The notes under the pieces are model-generated. The model made no database searches, was not told where the DNA came from, and saw only the letters and a program-made list of their open reading frames with translations. From Cyanidioschyzon merolae (Eukaryota), in NCBI GenBank assembly GCA_000091205.1, contig AP006496.2: a stretch of DNA of 64,000 nt; one strand, 5' to 3'. Below, one piece after another: positions 39,927-52,502 of the stretch (the stretch's first letter is position 1; the number at the start of each line of letters is the position of its first letter). The position numbers and the translations under genes were made by a program.

Positions 39927-42900
39927 AGCTACACATGTAGACGCCAGGGGACCTGATTCGTGGAAAAGGGTACACCTGCATATGGGAACACAAAGAGAGG
40001 TCAACCGCAGTTGCTAAAGAAGAGACAAGCGAGAATGACGAAGACATCCGCCCTAGCAACGATTCAGTTGCTTGCTCGCGTACAAGTCGCCATAAAAGAC
40101 AGGATCGCACGGCTCCTCATCTTTCGTACAAGCGCCCTTCGCGGCTGCTCCGCTCCATATTCCTCTGGCCTGTTCTTGAACAACTTCGATTTCTATCCCT
40201 GAAAAAATCAAAGAGTATGCAGCTGAGGTTGGCGTTGAGCTGCTCTTTGTGCCCCCGAAATCTACCTGGTTCAATCCAGCCGAAGGCGTTCCTCTGCTGT
40301 AAAGAGTCATTTTTACCCGCACACACCAGTTCTCGAGTTGTATGCATCCGTCACTCCGTTCTTTGCCGAGTTGCTCCCTATTTACACCAACCCTTAACTG
40401 CCCTGTTTCGTTTCCGCTCATGTGCGAGAAAGAGCGAGCAAGGTGTACTTCGGTCCGTGGTCATGACGCGTAAGGTGACGCAAATGTACTTGAGAAGCAC
40501 TAGATACGAAGACAGCAAATGCCAGCTCCGGTGCCGTGGTCTACCCACTGCGTCTAAAACCCAGAGCAGAAACGGATATGAGGTACTGCGCCCGACTGCA
40601 TTCGATTCCTTCAAGTAGAGAAGGAGGCGGAGAAGTATAAGAAGAAGGAACAACGGGACAATGAAGGGAAAGACTCTTCTTAAAAGCCGACGATGAAGGA
40701 CGACAAGGAGAGACTGTCGAGGCGGAATGCCCGGTCTGAAGTCATTTTGTCATTGCCCCTGTACTAAAACATGTCAACAGAGAGAATCTTCCGAAACGTA
40801 GCACGGAGGGCCCCATTTCAGATGGGGTAACTTCTTACCCGAGCAGGACTTGTTCATCTACCCTTGCGTTGGCGCACTTCCTCAGGCAAATGTTGATCGG
40901 AGCTCTCTGTGCAAGGCTGCAAGCCGTCCATATTCCACCGGAATACGTTGATCAGTCCTTTGTCTGAGAACTGATGCTCGTGACAGAAGACGGGACACAG
41001 CCTGATTATGAATTCAAAGATTTGCATACACGCTTTCCGGAAGAACCAGACGCGATGCCGCGCAACCCAGGCGATGGGATGATCTGCAGCGACAGTGCCA
41101 AACGAGTACCAAGCCATCCTCAATAACCGTGCACGGGGTCAATGTAGAGCGCTTCATGAAAATCGCCTTGTGGGCGTTAGGGCTTCATCATAGAGGACCA
41201 GAAAAGTGGAGACGAATGGAAGGGATTCTTGGGGTTTCAATCAAGGCGAATGACGAGTTGGTTGCGGCGGAGAGCGAGCTGGTACCGGGATCGGGAGAAA
41301 TGCCGCAGTGTGAGCGAGCGTCGCTGTAGCTCGTCGGAACTCATTGTGTGGTCGTCGGCATCGAACTGACAGAGGTCGTGTCCAAAGGATGTTTGAAACG
41401 CAATGCACGACTTGCTTGCATCTCGCACAATTACTTTCTCCTGAACAGAGCCCTCCGGAGCGCAGCAAACTCCATTCTCGAATCTGAACGTAATCCCCTC
41501 CTCAGGCGCGTATTAGAACTGGTTTCGACGTGCAACATCAAGGCTCGTAGAATCACCGAAGACTCGTTCGTGCTATGTGGATTGCTCAGTGAGCCACAGC
41601 TGGTCTCTGCGAGCAATCATTGAACATTCAGAGCACTCCACAAAGTGCGTTGGCGGAGCTCGTTCAAGGATCCTCGTTTTCAGGGAGGAAATGGAAATCC
41701 GTTGACAGGGAATACGGTGACTCAAGGCATATCAGTGTGCACGCAGCTGTAAAGCCGCGGCCTGTGCCGAGTAACGACGCTCGTTCTCAGCCGTTCAAAA
41801 TCGACTAAAAGAAACGCTCACGAATTCGCGTGGATCTGTTTTTTTTGAGAATATCGTGGTTATTGCCTGTCCCTGAATCAGCACGACGCAGCCGAAGATC
41901 TGAACGGAAAGCGGGCACTGCTTCTCAATTTTCCCACGGATCGGCATTCTCGAGAGTTGGGCCTGATGGACTCCACGAGGCATCTCAACAGGTAGAATGG
42001 CGGCGTCGGGACCCACCTCGACGCATTGAGCACGGTATCGAGCAGACGAGCATACGTTGTCGGCTTCATTCAGAGAATCGATCAGCGTCCGAATCGCTTA
42101 TGTGGAGCATCTTTTGCGGGAGGATATGAGACAGCGCCGGGGCATCCACCGGTCACCGTTGTACGAAGGCAGGAGGCTTGCACTCACCAACTTGTTCAAT
42201 GAATCTGAAAAGACGAAGAAGCAGCGTCGTTTTGAGGTAGCCTACGGCGCTGGCCGTGCCGCACCGTGCAACGGCTGCACTCCATCTCATTCGACCAGAG
42301 TGTGCAACGAGTGCAGGAATGGATTCTACACGATTCCCATCGATAACTTCAGGTCTGCGAATACAAATCACGAGCACGGGTGCGCGCTGATACTGGCAAA
42401 GAAGTGCGTAAAACAGAACCAGATGGGTTACATGGTGCACGGTAAGCTGACCGATCGTCGGATGGTGAGGCAATCGAAGTTGAGAGGCATGTTATAATGC
42501 GGTTCCACCAGCAACTAGGCGTGCACACAGTTTTCGCATCGTGACACGAACGCCTCCAATAATATCCGAAAACGGCTCGTGATTCCGGAGCGTTTATCGA
42601 CTGTGTTACAAGCGAACCTTTGAGGCTTTCAATTTGTACTCAGTATGGGTGTTACACTGAGACAATGAAAGCCTGCGATGACAACAATCAATGGTCAGGA
42701 TAGAGGACGCTTGGTTCCCGCCTAAACCAATGCACTGGTATGGTATGATCAGCAATCCAGACGAGTGGTGCTTTCGCCAAGCAGCGAACCAGCCCAGGCA
42801 CTTGTTTCATTCTTATCGTGTATGATCGATGCATGCAAATGGGATTGCCTAGAAGCGCAAACGCCACTGGCAGCCAGAAGAGAGACTACCATGCGTCTCT

Positions 42901-43251
42901 GGACACTTGTACGGACTACCAGGTAGTCGGTGCATCTCTCCTCATCCAACAGGCCTGCGTACCCAAAATCCCCTCCAGAACTTTTGAAAAGCATTCGCTC
43001 GCACAAGAATGCCGGTGTCCATGCGTTGGAGTCCGTCATAGTACCGCTTGCGTTTCTGGTCGAGGCACAGCGCGGCTCCAGCTCCGGTAGATGTACAGCG
43101 TATTTGTACCTGGGAAATACATGCCTCTATGCGCTGCTCTTCGAGGTTGCGAAAGGGCTATGGTCTCATTCCAGTGCCCAACGAGGCACAACAACTCGAT
43201 TCTGGCGACGACCTCGTTACTCGACAGCGCGCCTTTGGCATCTGTTTTGGC

Positions 43252-44319
43252 CTATGATGTCAAGTAGTTCCGCCGACGACGAATAAACGCGTCCGTGAAT
43301 TCCTCGGTCCGCATATCCCAGTTGGGGTCCGGTTGGCAGGCGTACATTCCGAGTACGGTGCGCCCGTATCGACGGTTGCGCATCCCAATGAGCCGGTTTT
43401 CGATCACTGGCGGCAGCGAGCCCAGTTCATACGGGTACTCGAGCATAACAACTGTTCGTTCACTAATCACGGCGCTCTGACTCAGTGTCCTCAGCAGTTC
43501 GTCGTAACTTATCTCCTCATAGGGCGGCGTGAGCGCAACGATTTGAAGCACGCCATCCGGCGCTGTCGCCAAGTATTCCTCGACAGTTGTCTCGCGGACA
43601 AGAGCGATTCCTTCGCCCACTCCCAGCTTGCTCATGTTGCGCCGAACGCACGCGCAACACTCCGGGGAACGATCAACGAAGACTGCCGAGGAAGCGCCTC
43701 GCGACAACGCTTCGAAGCCCATGGTGCCTGCGCCACAAAAAAGATCCAGAAAACGAACAGGCTGTCGTGATGGGAGAATTTGCAACTCCCGCAGAATAGA
43801 AAAACACGCTTCCCGAACCTGAGCCATGGCTGGACGTACATACACGGGTGGCGACTCGAGTCGTCGCCCGCGTGCCGTGCCACCAGTGATGCGTAGCCGC
43901 GGCTCCAGCGGTATGGCAACCTTCTGCCAGCGTCGTCTTCCGCCAGGGAGCGTCACACCCTGCCGAATGACTTTGTACTTGCGCATCTGCTCGTAGCGTC
44001 CACGAGGAAACCGCTTCGGCTTCGCCTGCTGCGGGGCGCCGGGCTCCTCAGCAGGCACCCCATCCCCGCTCGGGTCGGCAGAAACGGCCATGTGCAGCCA
44101 AAAGTCCCTAAGCTGAGGCCGCCCTTGCCTGCCTACCACGAAGTGACGAGCAACATTCGCTCGGCCGTGTCGCAAAGCGAGCGGCACCAGCGCCTGCTGC
44201 CCAGGCGGATGCTGCTTGCAGACCTCCCGAAGTGTACAAAGCTGTCGCGCAGAACATGAGACCGGCCCCGCAGGAATGAACCCCGCCGCTCTCTCCGACA
44301 GTCCACAACTAGACATCAC
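43252..44319 (-). CDS. rsmD: RsmD-like rRNA (guanine-N2) methyltransferase, probably organelle-targeted
   Basis: 'RITGGTARGRRLESPPVYVRPAMAQVREACFSILRE...FLDLFCGAGTMGFEALSRGASSAVFVDRS...LQIVALTPPYEE' matches the RsmD family (Rossmann GxGxxG plus the (D/T)PPY motif). The ~100-aa N-terminal extension suggests a targeting peptide; an alternative start is the M of 'MAVSADP'. Confidence 0.8.
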   Translation of the reverse strand: MMSSCGLSERAAGFIPAGPVSCSARQLCTLREVCKQHPPGQQALVPLALRHGRANVARHFVVGRQGRPQLRDFWLHMAVSADPSGDGVPAEEPGAPQQAKPKRFPRGRYEQMRKYKVIRQGVTLPGGRRRWQKVAIPLEPRLRITGGTARGRRLESPPVYVRPAMAQVREACFSILRELQILPSRQPVRFLDLFCGAGTMGFEALSRGASSAVFVDRSPECCACVRRNMSKLGVGEGIALVRETTVEEYLATAPDGVLQIVALTPPYEEISYDELLRTLSQSAVISERTVVMLEYPYELGSLPPVIENRLIGMRNRRYGRTVLGMYACQPDPNWDMRTEEFTDAFIRRRRNYLTS

Positions 44320-44459
44320 GAGTGACGCTGCAGCTGCAGCTTCGTTTCGTGTTGCACAGCCTCAACGGCAGCGGCATGAAGCGTCGGGAGGCGCATGCGG
44401 TGGATGTACGCACATCAAGGAGCTCCGCAATGGGCGCGTTCCGAACCCTCCAACGGGCG

Positions 44460-44481
44460 CTGCTGCTGCTGCTGCTGCTGC
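44460..44481. repeat. (GCT)7 microsatellite
   Basis: gctgctgctgctgctgctgctg. Confidence 0.85.
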
Positions 44482-45229
44482 TGTGACACAGAGTTTCTGG
44501 TATGTTGCGAGATCGATGAATACAACCAGGGATCCTGCGGGTGTACGTTGGCTATCGGCAGCCAGGGAAGCGACAACCACCCCACTCTTTACCTTCTGCG
44601 TGCCATGAATCGCTGATCAGGCTTCATTATTTCTGGTATCATATTTGGTTCTAAGGACCTTCAGCGCATAAAGCCTACAGAGGGCGCCTGCTGTGGCTCC
44701 AAAAAAGGACACGCAATCGAACGGGGATGCTCAGCGAATGCATCTGCGGTCGATGGATTGCGGCACCAAGGCAACGGCGACGGATGCGGCGTGGAATCGA
44801 ACGACTCTGCAGGCACATTCCAGTGGCGGTGCGCCTGCGAACCTGCGAACGGACCTGCTGTGTGGACCTGCTCCGTGAACGCAGCTACCAACAATGGGGA
44901 ACGCACAGGTGCCCGGGCATACCCAATTTCCAACTTGCATATCCGAATGCCAAGAAACAGCTCCGCCTTTGTCGTTTGGTGCTACCCCGAGCTTGCACGG
45001 TGATCGAGCTGCACGACAACTCAGACATTTCCCAGTCAAAATCCGAATCGTCCCTATTTCCCGTCAATACGGCACCTCCGACCGGGCGACTAATGTGGCG
45101 TTGTTCATGCCTGCTAGAGTGCCAGCGAGAACGACGCTCGATGTCCCTTCTACTGACAGCAATCATGCATCCTGCGGATTCAGATTCTATGAATTTCTTC
45201 TCTACCGTAAAACGCAGCACCGGCAGAGG

Positions 45230-45450
45230 CACACGCATCACAGAGCAGAGGCATCGGCATCGGCACCGGCATCGGCATCGGCACAGGCACACGCATCAGA
45301 GGGCATCGGCACAGGCACACGCATCAGAGGGCATCGGCACAGGCACACGCATCAGAGGGCACCGGCATCGGCATCGCGAGCATCGGCGATCGACGGCGCA
45401 CGAGGGCAGAGCGGCCGCTGCGCGCGCCACTCACACGCACACGCACACGC
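45230..45450. repeat. compound low-complexity tandem repeats: (GGCATC)n, a 28-bp unit x3, (CACACG)n
   Basis: 'ggcatcggcatcggcaccggcatcggcatcggcac'; 'gggcatcggcacaggcacacgcatcaga' x3; 'cacacgcacacgcacacgcaca'. Confidence 0.8.
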
Positions 45451-45637
45451 ACATCGTCCATCCAAGAACCGCACGCGTCAGCGCATGCGGACGATGCGGT
45501 GGCGACGGCGGTGCCAGTGTGATGCCTTCAGGTTAGCGCATTGTGGACGACGACAAAGACGACGACGTAGGCGTCGCTTTGATACACTTCAAACAGTTTC
45601 TGAAGCCTCCGATACGCAAATTAGTACTTAGCAAAAA

Positions 45638-46819
45638 ATGACAGCCACCGAGGAGGTTCGTCGCTTTTTCTTCACGTCGGAGTCGGTGAACGAGGGACAC
45701 CCGGACAAGCTCTGTGATCAAGTTTCTGACGCTGTTCTAGACGCCTGCCTGGCACAGGACCCGTTTTCAAAAGTGGCCTGCGAGACAGCAACGAAAACAG
45801 GTTTGATAATGGTTTTTGGGGAGATCTCAACGAAAGCGACTGTCGATTATGAGAAAGTTGTTCGTGAGACGGTTCGGGAGATCGGCTTCGACGACGAAGA
45901 AAAGGGTCTCGACTTTCGCTCTTGCCGGGTGCTGCAGGAGATCCACGAGCAGTCACGCGAAATCGCAGCGAGCGTATACGGAGGTCGGGACACGCTGGAT
46001 ATCGCTGCGGGTGATCAGGGCATCATGTTCGGATACGCTACGAACGAAACGCCAGAGCTGATGCCACTCTCTCACTCTCTAGCGACGAAACTAGGCAAAA
46101 GACTCACGGATGTGCGTAAGCAAGGCATTCTACCGTACATCAGACCTGACGGGAAGACGCAGGTCACAGTAGAGTACGAAAGACGTGGAGGCGCTCTGAA
46201 ACCGCTGCGTGTCGATACGATTGTGATTTCAACGCAACACGCACCGCATACATCGCAGGAGAAGCTCCGAGCGGATTTGCGGGAACACGTCATTCGACCT
46301 GTAGTGCCTGCCGAGTTCCTCGATGATCGAACGAGGTACGTGCTGAACCCGAGTGGGAGTTTCACGGTTGGGGGTCCAGCTGGTGACGCGGGTCTCACCG
46401 GGCGCAAAATTATCATCGATACGTACGGAGGCTGGGGCGGGCACGGAGGAGGTGCCTTTTCCGGAAAAGATCCCTCGAAAGTCGACCGTAGCGCGGCGTA
46501 CATGGCGCGCTGGATGGCCAAATCCGTGGTGGCGGCCGGCCTCGCTGCACGCTGTCTCATTCAGCTCAGTTATTCCATCGGCGTCGCAGAGCCGACGTCC
46601 ATCTTCCTGGACACATACGGGACAGCCAAGCCCGACTGGACCGACGACCAGATCCTGAAAGTTGTCGAGAGGAACTTTGATTGCCGCCCTGGCGCGATCA
46701 TTCGCGAGCTAGATTTACTGAAGCCCAAGTACCGCAAAACCGCTGCATATGGTCACTTTGGCCGTGAGGATGATCCCGACTTTACCTGGGAGATACCGAA
46801 GCGTCTGCAGGTTGACTAG
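45638..46819 (+). CDS. metK: S-adenosylmethionine synthetase (methionine adenosyltransferase)
   Basis: 393 aa. '[29 protein letters not shown]', '[10 protein letters not shown]', '[34 protein letters not shown]' are canonical MAT motifs across the whole length. Confidence 0.95.
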   Translation: MTATEEVRRFFFTSESVNEGHPDKLCDQVSDAVLDACLAQDPFSKVACETATKTGLIMVFGEISTKATVDYEKVVRETVREIGFDDEEKGLDFRSCRVLQEIHEQSREIAASVYGGRDTLDIAAGDQGIMFGYATNETPELMPLSHSLATKLGKRLTDVRKQGILPYIRPDGKTQVTVEYERRGGALKPLRVDTIVISTQHAPHTSQEKLRADLREHVIRPVVPAEFLDDRTRYVLNPSGSFTVGGPAGDAGLTGRKIIIDTYGGWGGHGGGAFSGKDPSKVDRSAAYMARWMAKSVVAAGLAARCLIQLSYSIGVAEPTSIFLDTYGTAKPDWTDDQILKVVERNFDCRPGAIIRELDLLKPKYRKTAAYGHFGREDDPDFTWEIPKRLQVD

Positions 46820-47699
46820 ACAAGATTCGGAGGATGGGCGGCTGTTTTCGTCATGTGCGGCAGCTGCACGGCGTTCGCGTCAACTGCAGTTCAGCGCTTC
46901 GTTCATCATGGCGGTGCTGGACGCCAGCCCGCAAAACCAAATGCGCAACAGCACATTTGCTTATAGAGCGAGTACAGTGCTCGCTGCAGACGCGTCATGC
47001 AGTCGCTGCAGCTTCGATTGCAGCGCATGCATCGGACGTGATGAGCCGAGGTTTTTGTAAACGTGCCAGAAAACTTGATATTATCTACACAACGGTGCGT
47101 GAACAGTTCACGATTTTCAAAAAATGATCACATGACTTTGCGCTCCTCTCTGCTTTCATGATGATGTGTTTACGGCGCATTTTTTGAGGTGCGACACTCG
47201 AAGAACGCATATCCATTTGCTGCTGTGTTACAAGCTGGAAACCACCTACGACAGCACAACGCGCTGCAGTCAGTCGCAGCGCAGCTTGGAAGAGGTACAG
47301 AACAGCTGCGTCGGCCGCTTGCCAGTGACGCGGCACCTTCTCTCAAGTAGTTGGTGCCGCCACGCATTGCAGTTCGTGTCTAGATGCTTCGAGAGTTGTC
47401 GCTGCGACCACCTAAGATACTCAACGCCCCGAGATGATGTCGAATTCCCGGTCTCGCGGTTTCGGGTTACAAGTTCACCGTCGCATATACTAAGTCTGCC
47501 TCCAAGCATTCCTAGTCCCGGGAATGGACCAAAATTTTAGGAAAAGACAGGTCCGAGAATGACGGAGTGGAGTACCTGTTGCAACGGAACAGCAATCGCT
47601 TCGCTTCGTATTTTGCGGGCAATTTGCTTGCCGGGAGAGTCATCGGATTCGATATCTTGATCCTATCGTCTTTCAACGCAATTGTGCTCAATCCTCAGG

Positions 47700-48230
47700 T
47701 ACGTGCCATCGAATGCTTTTTTCGCGGTTGTAGCAGACGCGTTCATGTTTAGAAATAAAAAATCCAAGGGAAAGGTACGGACGTGGTTGTCGGGGATCCC
47801 GGAGGGCCGGCATCGTCGGATCCGACGAAAAAACGAAAAAATACTCTCCTCGTCGACCATCGAGCGAAGAAGCGCAAGTGAAGAAGCAGCAGCAGAAGGG
47901 TTGTACGCGAGAACAGGTGCTTGCCCTACGGGACGATGACGAGACTGCTATGGCACAGAGCGCACGGGTTCTAGGTATTCATGCAAAGGTGCGTTCCGCC
48001 AGCGGCAATGCACGTAAGCAGTTTGTCAAACGACACCTCAACGCCGCCATCAATATCAGACGATGGATGGTGCTGAAGACGAGACACGAGGAGCTGATGC
48101 GATCCAACACTTTGTGGAGCAGTCTCTTGTACTCGAAGTGTACACGGTGGAGCTGAAGCCGTCAACCCGTGGCCGGTCAAAAACTGATGGGAGGCTTCTT
48201 CGCATGGGTATTAGTGTACCAGCTCGAGCC
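47700..48230 (+). mobile_element. Fanzor/TnpB-like element, short internal-deletion copy C
   Basis: 5' block 'aatgcttttttcgcggttgtagcagacgcgttcatgtttagaaataaaaaatccaagggaaaggtacggacgtgg...ggatcccggagggccggcatcg', then junction 'gggacgatgacgagactgctatggcacagag', then RuvC-III ('KRHLNAAINIRRWMVLKTRHEELMRSN', ORF 47878-48156) and a partial tail. Confidence 0.6.
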
Positions 48231-48779
48231 GACACCCTCTGCGGTACAGCAACGCCGATCTATCTCTCGGTGCCACGACAGCACGGGCGCTGTAGGCGCT
48301 ATTGCGAATCCATCAATGCGTGCACTCGGCGCACGAGAGAACGTATGAAACGACCAATATAGCCGAAAAGACTCATGGGTTATGGAAGTTGGATGTTGGT
48401 AGAAAGATGGATGCTTCACCACGCGCTGATACTACGCACATAGTAGGGGAACACTGACAAGTTTTGCCAAACAGAACATGCGTCGAAGCTACGGCAAACC
48501 AGTGCATGGATAAAACAGAACTTTTAGGGCCTTGTATGTATCAAAAGGACATGCCGTGTGGAAGCGTATGCCGCCTCCGCTGCAGCCGCCGGCCCGCCGA
48601 GACTCAACGCGATGCGCAGGCGCGTCAAATACGAACCTGCAGCGTAACGGACGACAGGAGCGTCGGCGCGTTGGGTACACACTACACCCGCCACGGTCTG
48701 GTGTAGCATAGCGCGTGCCTGTGGGTACACTGCCTGAGGTTCGGTTTATGCGCTGAGCACCGACGCTCTATCGCAGTAC

Positions 48780-50738
48780 TTGGATCTCGCCTGGATGGAA
48801 CTGGCAGCGTTTGCTTCGGCAGCAACGGGCACCAGCCCGATACTGGGCGGCAGCGCCTGTGCCCGCGTGCAACAAACGCGAGCGTCATGTGGCACGCTTG
48901 AGGGCCGCTGCGCTCACCCCCGAGCAATATCTGTCAAGGATCAGCGCAGAGATTCCTGGGGGCGCTCGAAATCGATCCTGGCGCCCGCATCAAGCGCGTC
49001 GAAAGGTCTTCCGCTGTGTGGGCGACGCAAGAACAGCGCTCGCAGGTTCACGCTTCGCGCGCAGGGCAGCGGCCGACTCTCGGACATGTTCATCGAATAC
49101 TACGAGCGGAATCGAGTGACGCTGCCAGCAGGCATCGGCAAACAAACGCTGCTGCCTGTATATCGACGGATTTTCGCGGACGACCTCACACCCGTGATGG
49201 CCTATCGACGGCTTGTTCATGATGCCTCCGGAGACCCGAGGCCGTCCTTTCTCTTTGAGTCGGTTGTCGGTGGCGACCAAATCGGACGCTTTTCCTACGT
49301 GGGTTCTTCGCCCTGTATGCAGATCATTGCCTATCAAAACGATATCCAGATTATTGATAGCAGCGAGCACCTGCAGCACAAGTTACACGTCCCGGATCCG
49401 TGGGTATTTATGCGACAGCTGACGGAGCAGATCAAGGTCGCAGAGAAGGGCCCAGTGCCTGAGGCGTTTTGCGGTGGCTGGGTCGGCTTTGGCGGCTACG
49501 ACACGGTGCGCTACTCGGAACCAAAGAAGCTGCCGTTCTCAGCGGCACCGCGGGACGATCGAGGCCTACCTGATTTGCACTTTGCACTGTACCAAGAGGT
49601 GGTCATCTTTGACAATGTAACCAAGACTGTGTACATTGTTGTGTGGGTACCGCTCGAGGATCACCGTTCAATAGAAGCGGCTCGTGCCCACGGGTGGTCT
49701 CGGTCCGAGCAGCTGGTACGTGTACTCACCTGCGCCGAGCGGGATCACCTCTTGTTGCCATCGAGTGAGGTGCTCTTGGATCCAGTCGAGAAACCCGAGC
49801 CCATGCGCAGCAACATGACCAAGGAGCAGTTTTTCCATGCACTCGAACGCATTTCAGAGTATATCTACCTTGGTGATACTTTTCAAACGGTCTTCAGTCA
49901 GCGCTTCGAGAGGGATACGTTCGCCGACCCGTTCCAGGTGTACCGCGCGCTCCGCATTGTGAATCCGTCGCCGTATATGCTCTACATGCGGGCCAGGGAC
50001 TGCATTCTGATCTCATCCTCACCGGAGATCCTCTGCAAGACTCGAGGTCGCAAGGTTTGGAACCGACCTCTGGCTGGCACTCGGCCGCGCGGATCCTCAC
50101 CCGAGGAGGACGCTCGGCTCGAGCAGGAACTGCTTGCGGACGAAAAGGATCGCGCCGAGCATGTGATGCTCGTAGACCTCGGTCGCAATGATGTTGGGCG
50201 GATTGCCGAACTGGGCTCTGTGCAAGTAGAGAAACTATTTGAAATTGAGCGATACAGTCACGTGATGCATATTAGCTCGACGGTGACTGGGAAGTTGCGA
50301 GCCGAGCTGTCCTGTTGGGACGCGCTACGAGCGACGCTTCCGGCAGGAACGATATCAGGAGCACCAAAGATTCGCAGTATGCAAATTATCGACGAGTTGG
50401 AACCGACAAAGCGGGGTCCGTATGGTGGCGGCATTGGCTACGTATCATTCGATGGCAACGAGATGGATGTGGCGCTCGCGCTCCGTACCATGGTGATTCC
50501 CACAGCCATGCGGAGCTCGAATGGTGCCTGGCGGGTCCATATTCAGGCCGGGGCCGGTATTGTTCTGGACTCGAACCCCGAGTCAGAGTATTTGGAAACG
50601 ATTAACAAGGCTGCGGCGCTGGGTCGAGCCATCGACGTTGCAGAGCACGCTTTCGTGCAATCACCGACCGAGCAGATTGCAGAGGACTTGCTGAACAGCT
50701 CACCCGATGCAGCAAGCGTTGCACCGTCGCGGGACTGA
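48780..50738 (+). CDS. trpE: anthranilate synthase component I (TrpE-type chorismate-binding enzyme)
   Basis: 652 aa. 'IFADDLTPVMAYRRL', 'FLFESVVGGDQIGRFSYVGSSP', 'GGAIGYVSFDGNEMDVALALRTMVI' are TrpE/chorismate-utilising enzyme motifs. The ~95-aa N-terminal extension is likely a transit peptide. A PabB or isochorismate-synthase paralog cannot be excluded from sequence alone. Confidence 0.8.
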   Translation: MDLAWMELAAFASAATGTSPILGGSACARVQQTRASCGTLEGRCAHPRAISVKDQRRDSWGRSKSILAPASSASKGLPLCGRRKNSARRFTLRAQGSGRLSDMFIEYYERNRVTLPAGIGKQTLLPVYRRIFADDLTPVMAYRRLVHDASGDPRPSFLFESVVGGDQIGRFSYVGSSPCMQIIAYQNDIQIIDSSEHLQHKLHVPDPWVFMRQLTEQIKVAEKGPVPEAFCGGWVGFGGYDTVRYSEPKKLPFSAAPRDDRGLPDLHFALYQEVVIFDNVTKTVYIVVWVPLEDHRSIEAARAHGWSRSEQLVRVLTCAERDHLLLPSSEVLLDPVEKPEPMRSNMTKEQFFHALERISEYIYLGDTFQTVFSQRFERDTFADPFQVYRALRIVNPSPYMLYMRARDCILISSSPEILCKTRGRKVWNRPLAGTRPRGSSPEEDARLEQELLADEKDRAEHVMLVDLGRNDVGRIAELGSVQVEKLFEIERYSHVMHISSTVTGKLRAELSCWDALRATLPAGTISGAPKIRSMQIIDELEPTKRGPYGGGIGYVSFDGNEMDVALALRTMVIPTAMRSSNGAWRVHIQAGAGIVLDSNPESEYLETINKAAALGRAIDVAEHAFVQSPTEQIAEDLLNSSPDAASVAPSRD

Positions 50739-52502
50739 AGGCTGGACGCATCCGCTTCAACAGCTGGGCACGTGTGTGTTTGCGTGTTCGCATATGTTTA
50801 TGTGTTTGCGCATAGTCGGACTCGCAACAGGACGCAGTGCGGCGCGAGTTTCGTCCAGCGATCGAGACGCGAACTCGCATCAACGAGTTCACTGCATGCG
50901 AACGCGTGCTCGGCACTGCGCACCGGAGTCTCACGCAGCGAGGATATGGAGCGGTGCTGCTCAGCGATGAGCGTATGCTAGGGATATCGAGGCGTGCACC
51001 AGGGCTCATTGGTTATGACACAACGACGCCGCTTGTCAGGTTGTGCGCGCATCTGTGACAATTTCTTTACAGGAGGCCCGAGTCGGCCCGCACCAGTCGT
51101 TGTACCAGCCTGAGCGACTCGTCAGCGATCGGAGTGCTGTCACCACAAAAGCAAACCCGGACGGCCTCGTAATATGTGTAGGTTAGATGGGGAGACGTTG
51201 CGACTTGGCGAGCGGCTGCTTGCATCTGTTTCACGGCGATCACAGGGCTGGGGCCGGGGCTCCAGAACCCGCGGATCTCACGATATCGTCACTCCTTGCG
51301 GGTAAAGGATATGCCGGGTGCGTCACTGAACCCATGTGGCGACGCATACGCATGCTGCGTCGCTGCTCGTATGGTCTGGGAGGCCAGCCAGCGCCGCTCG
51401 ATGCCGCAATTGTTCCATGTTGCATTTACCACGCACGACTCTGGGGTCACTGGTTATCTCGGTCGCCAACCGATACATTCTATCTCGATGTCTCGCAAGG
51501 TCTGGATAAACACCGTAAGACAAAGTCGGGCGACCGTTTGCAACGGAACACCATATTCCTCGCACCCGGTGAACGCGGCTACGCGCGCCAACGATCCAGG
51601 GATATGCACCCGTCCACGCCTGAAGCGCTACTGCGTCGCAGGCGTGCCATATATGACCATGGAGACGCTCTACGAGTGCGCTGTGCACCGGTGTCGACGC
51701 GGGCAGGGATCGAGTGCCTCGCTGCAAGGATTCGACATGCGCCGGGAGGCTTTTTGCATTACGTGCGGCACCGTTGCGTGTCTCCAACAGCGTTGACCAT
51801 GCGTATCCCGGGTTGTCGAAGCGCTCGATACCGCCCAGGAAGCGGGATGTATGTTGTGGCGCGCCAGTACGGCATTAGACGCGAGCCCGATCATGACATG
51901 CCGCCATGTTCGCCAAGCTCCAAAGTGCAGCAGCTCAGGTCGTGCGTGGCGCTCTCGATATGACTCCAACCGGTCATCCTCAGGTAAGCTCGGTGCAAGC
52001 AAGTATGCATGCACGTCGTAGAAGCAGATGGATCGTTAGCGCCGTGGTGCAGGAACATCGCGTTTGCGCTGTATTTTGAATAGAGTACGTCGTTGTCTGG
52101 CGGGTACCGTACCTGGAGCAGCGCGTATCAGATGAGATCGGGAAAACAGGAGTATTCGGCTTCCAGTCCCGCTCTGATTCTCCTTATGGTTTGTAATCGA
52201 TAACAGGAGCCCCCCGGGGATCCGCCCCAGATCCGTGATGCTTATCGGCATCCGGGAAATGAACCACCACCATAGACCAGGTTTTCCAAGTTGCACCAAC
52301 CACAAACCAGACTTGACTTGGAATTCAACGTTCGTTCGAGCGAAGCGCTGGGTGCAGTGCTCACCACGTGTACCCGCAACATCGCCGAAAGCGCAGGCTG
52401 CCCTGCTGCGCCTCCGCTGGAGGTCGATCAACATGTCCGATTCCGGGGTGCTGAATGGGCGCGATGCGCTGAACGCCGCTGTGTGACGCATCGGATTCTG
52501 GC

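Noticed and set aside
47740-47830. Conserved peptide 'FRNKKSKGKVRTW..GIPEGRHRR' in the 5' block as part of a protein
   Set aside because: Between copies the block differs by indels that are not multiples of 3 (A versus B/C/D), and it reads K/R-rich in any frame because of A-rich DNA. It is more likely the non-coding left end (or promoter) of the element than coding sequence.
51187-52491. ORFs 51187-51963 (+), 51323-51787 (-) and 52036-52491 (-)
   Set aside because: Mutually overlapping frames in a GC-rich intergenic stretch with Arg/Cys/His-rich, non-protein-like translations. They are probably spurious, though a spliced gene here cannot be excluded.
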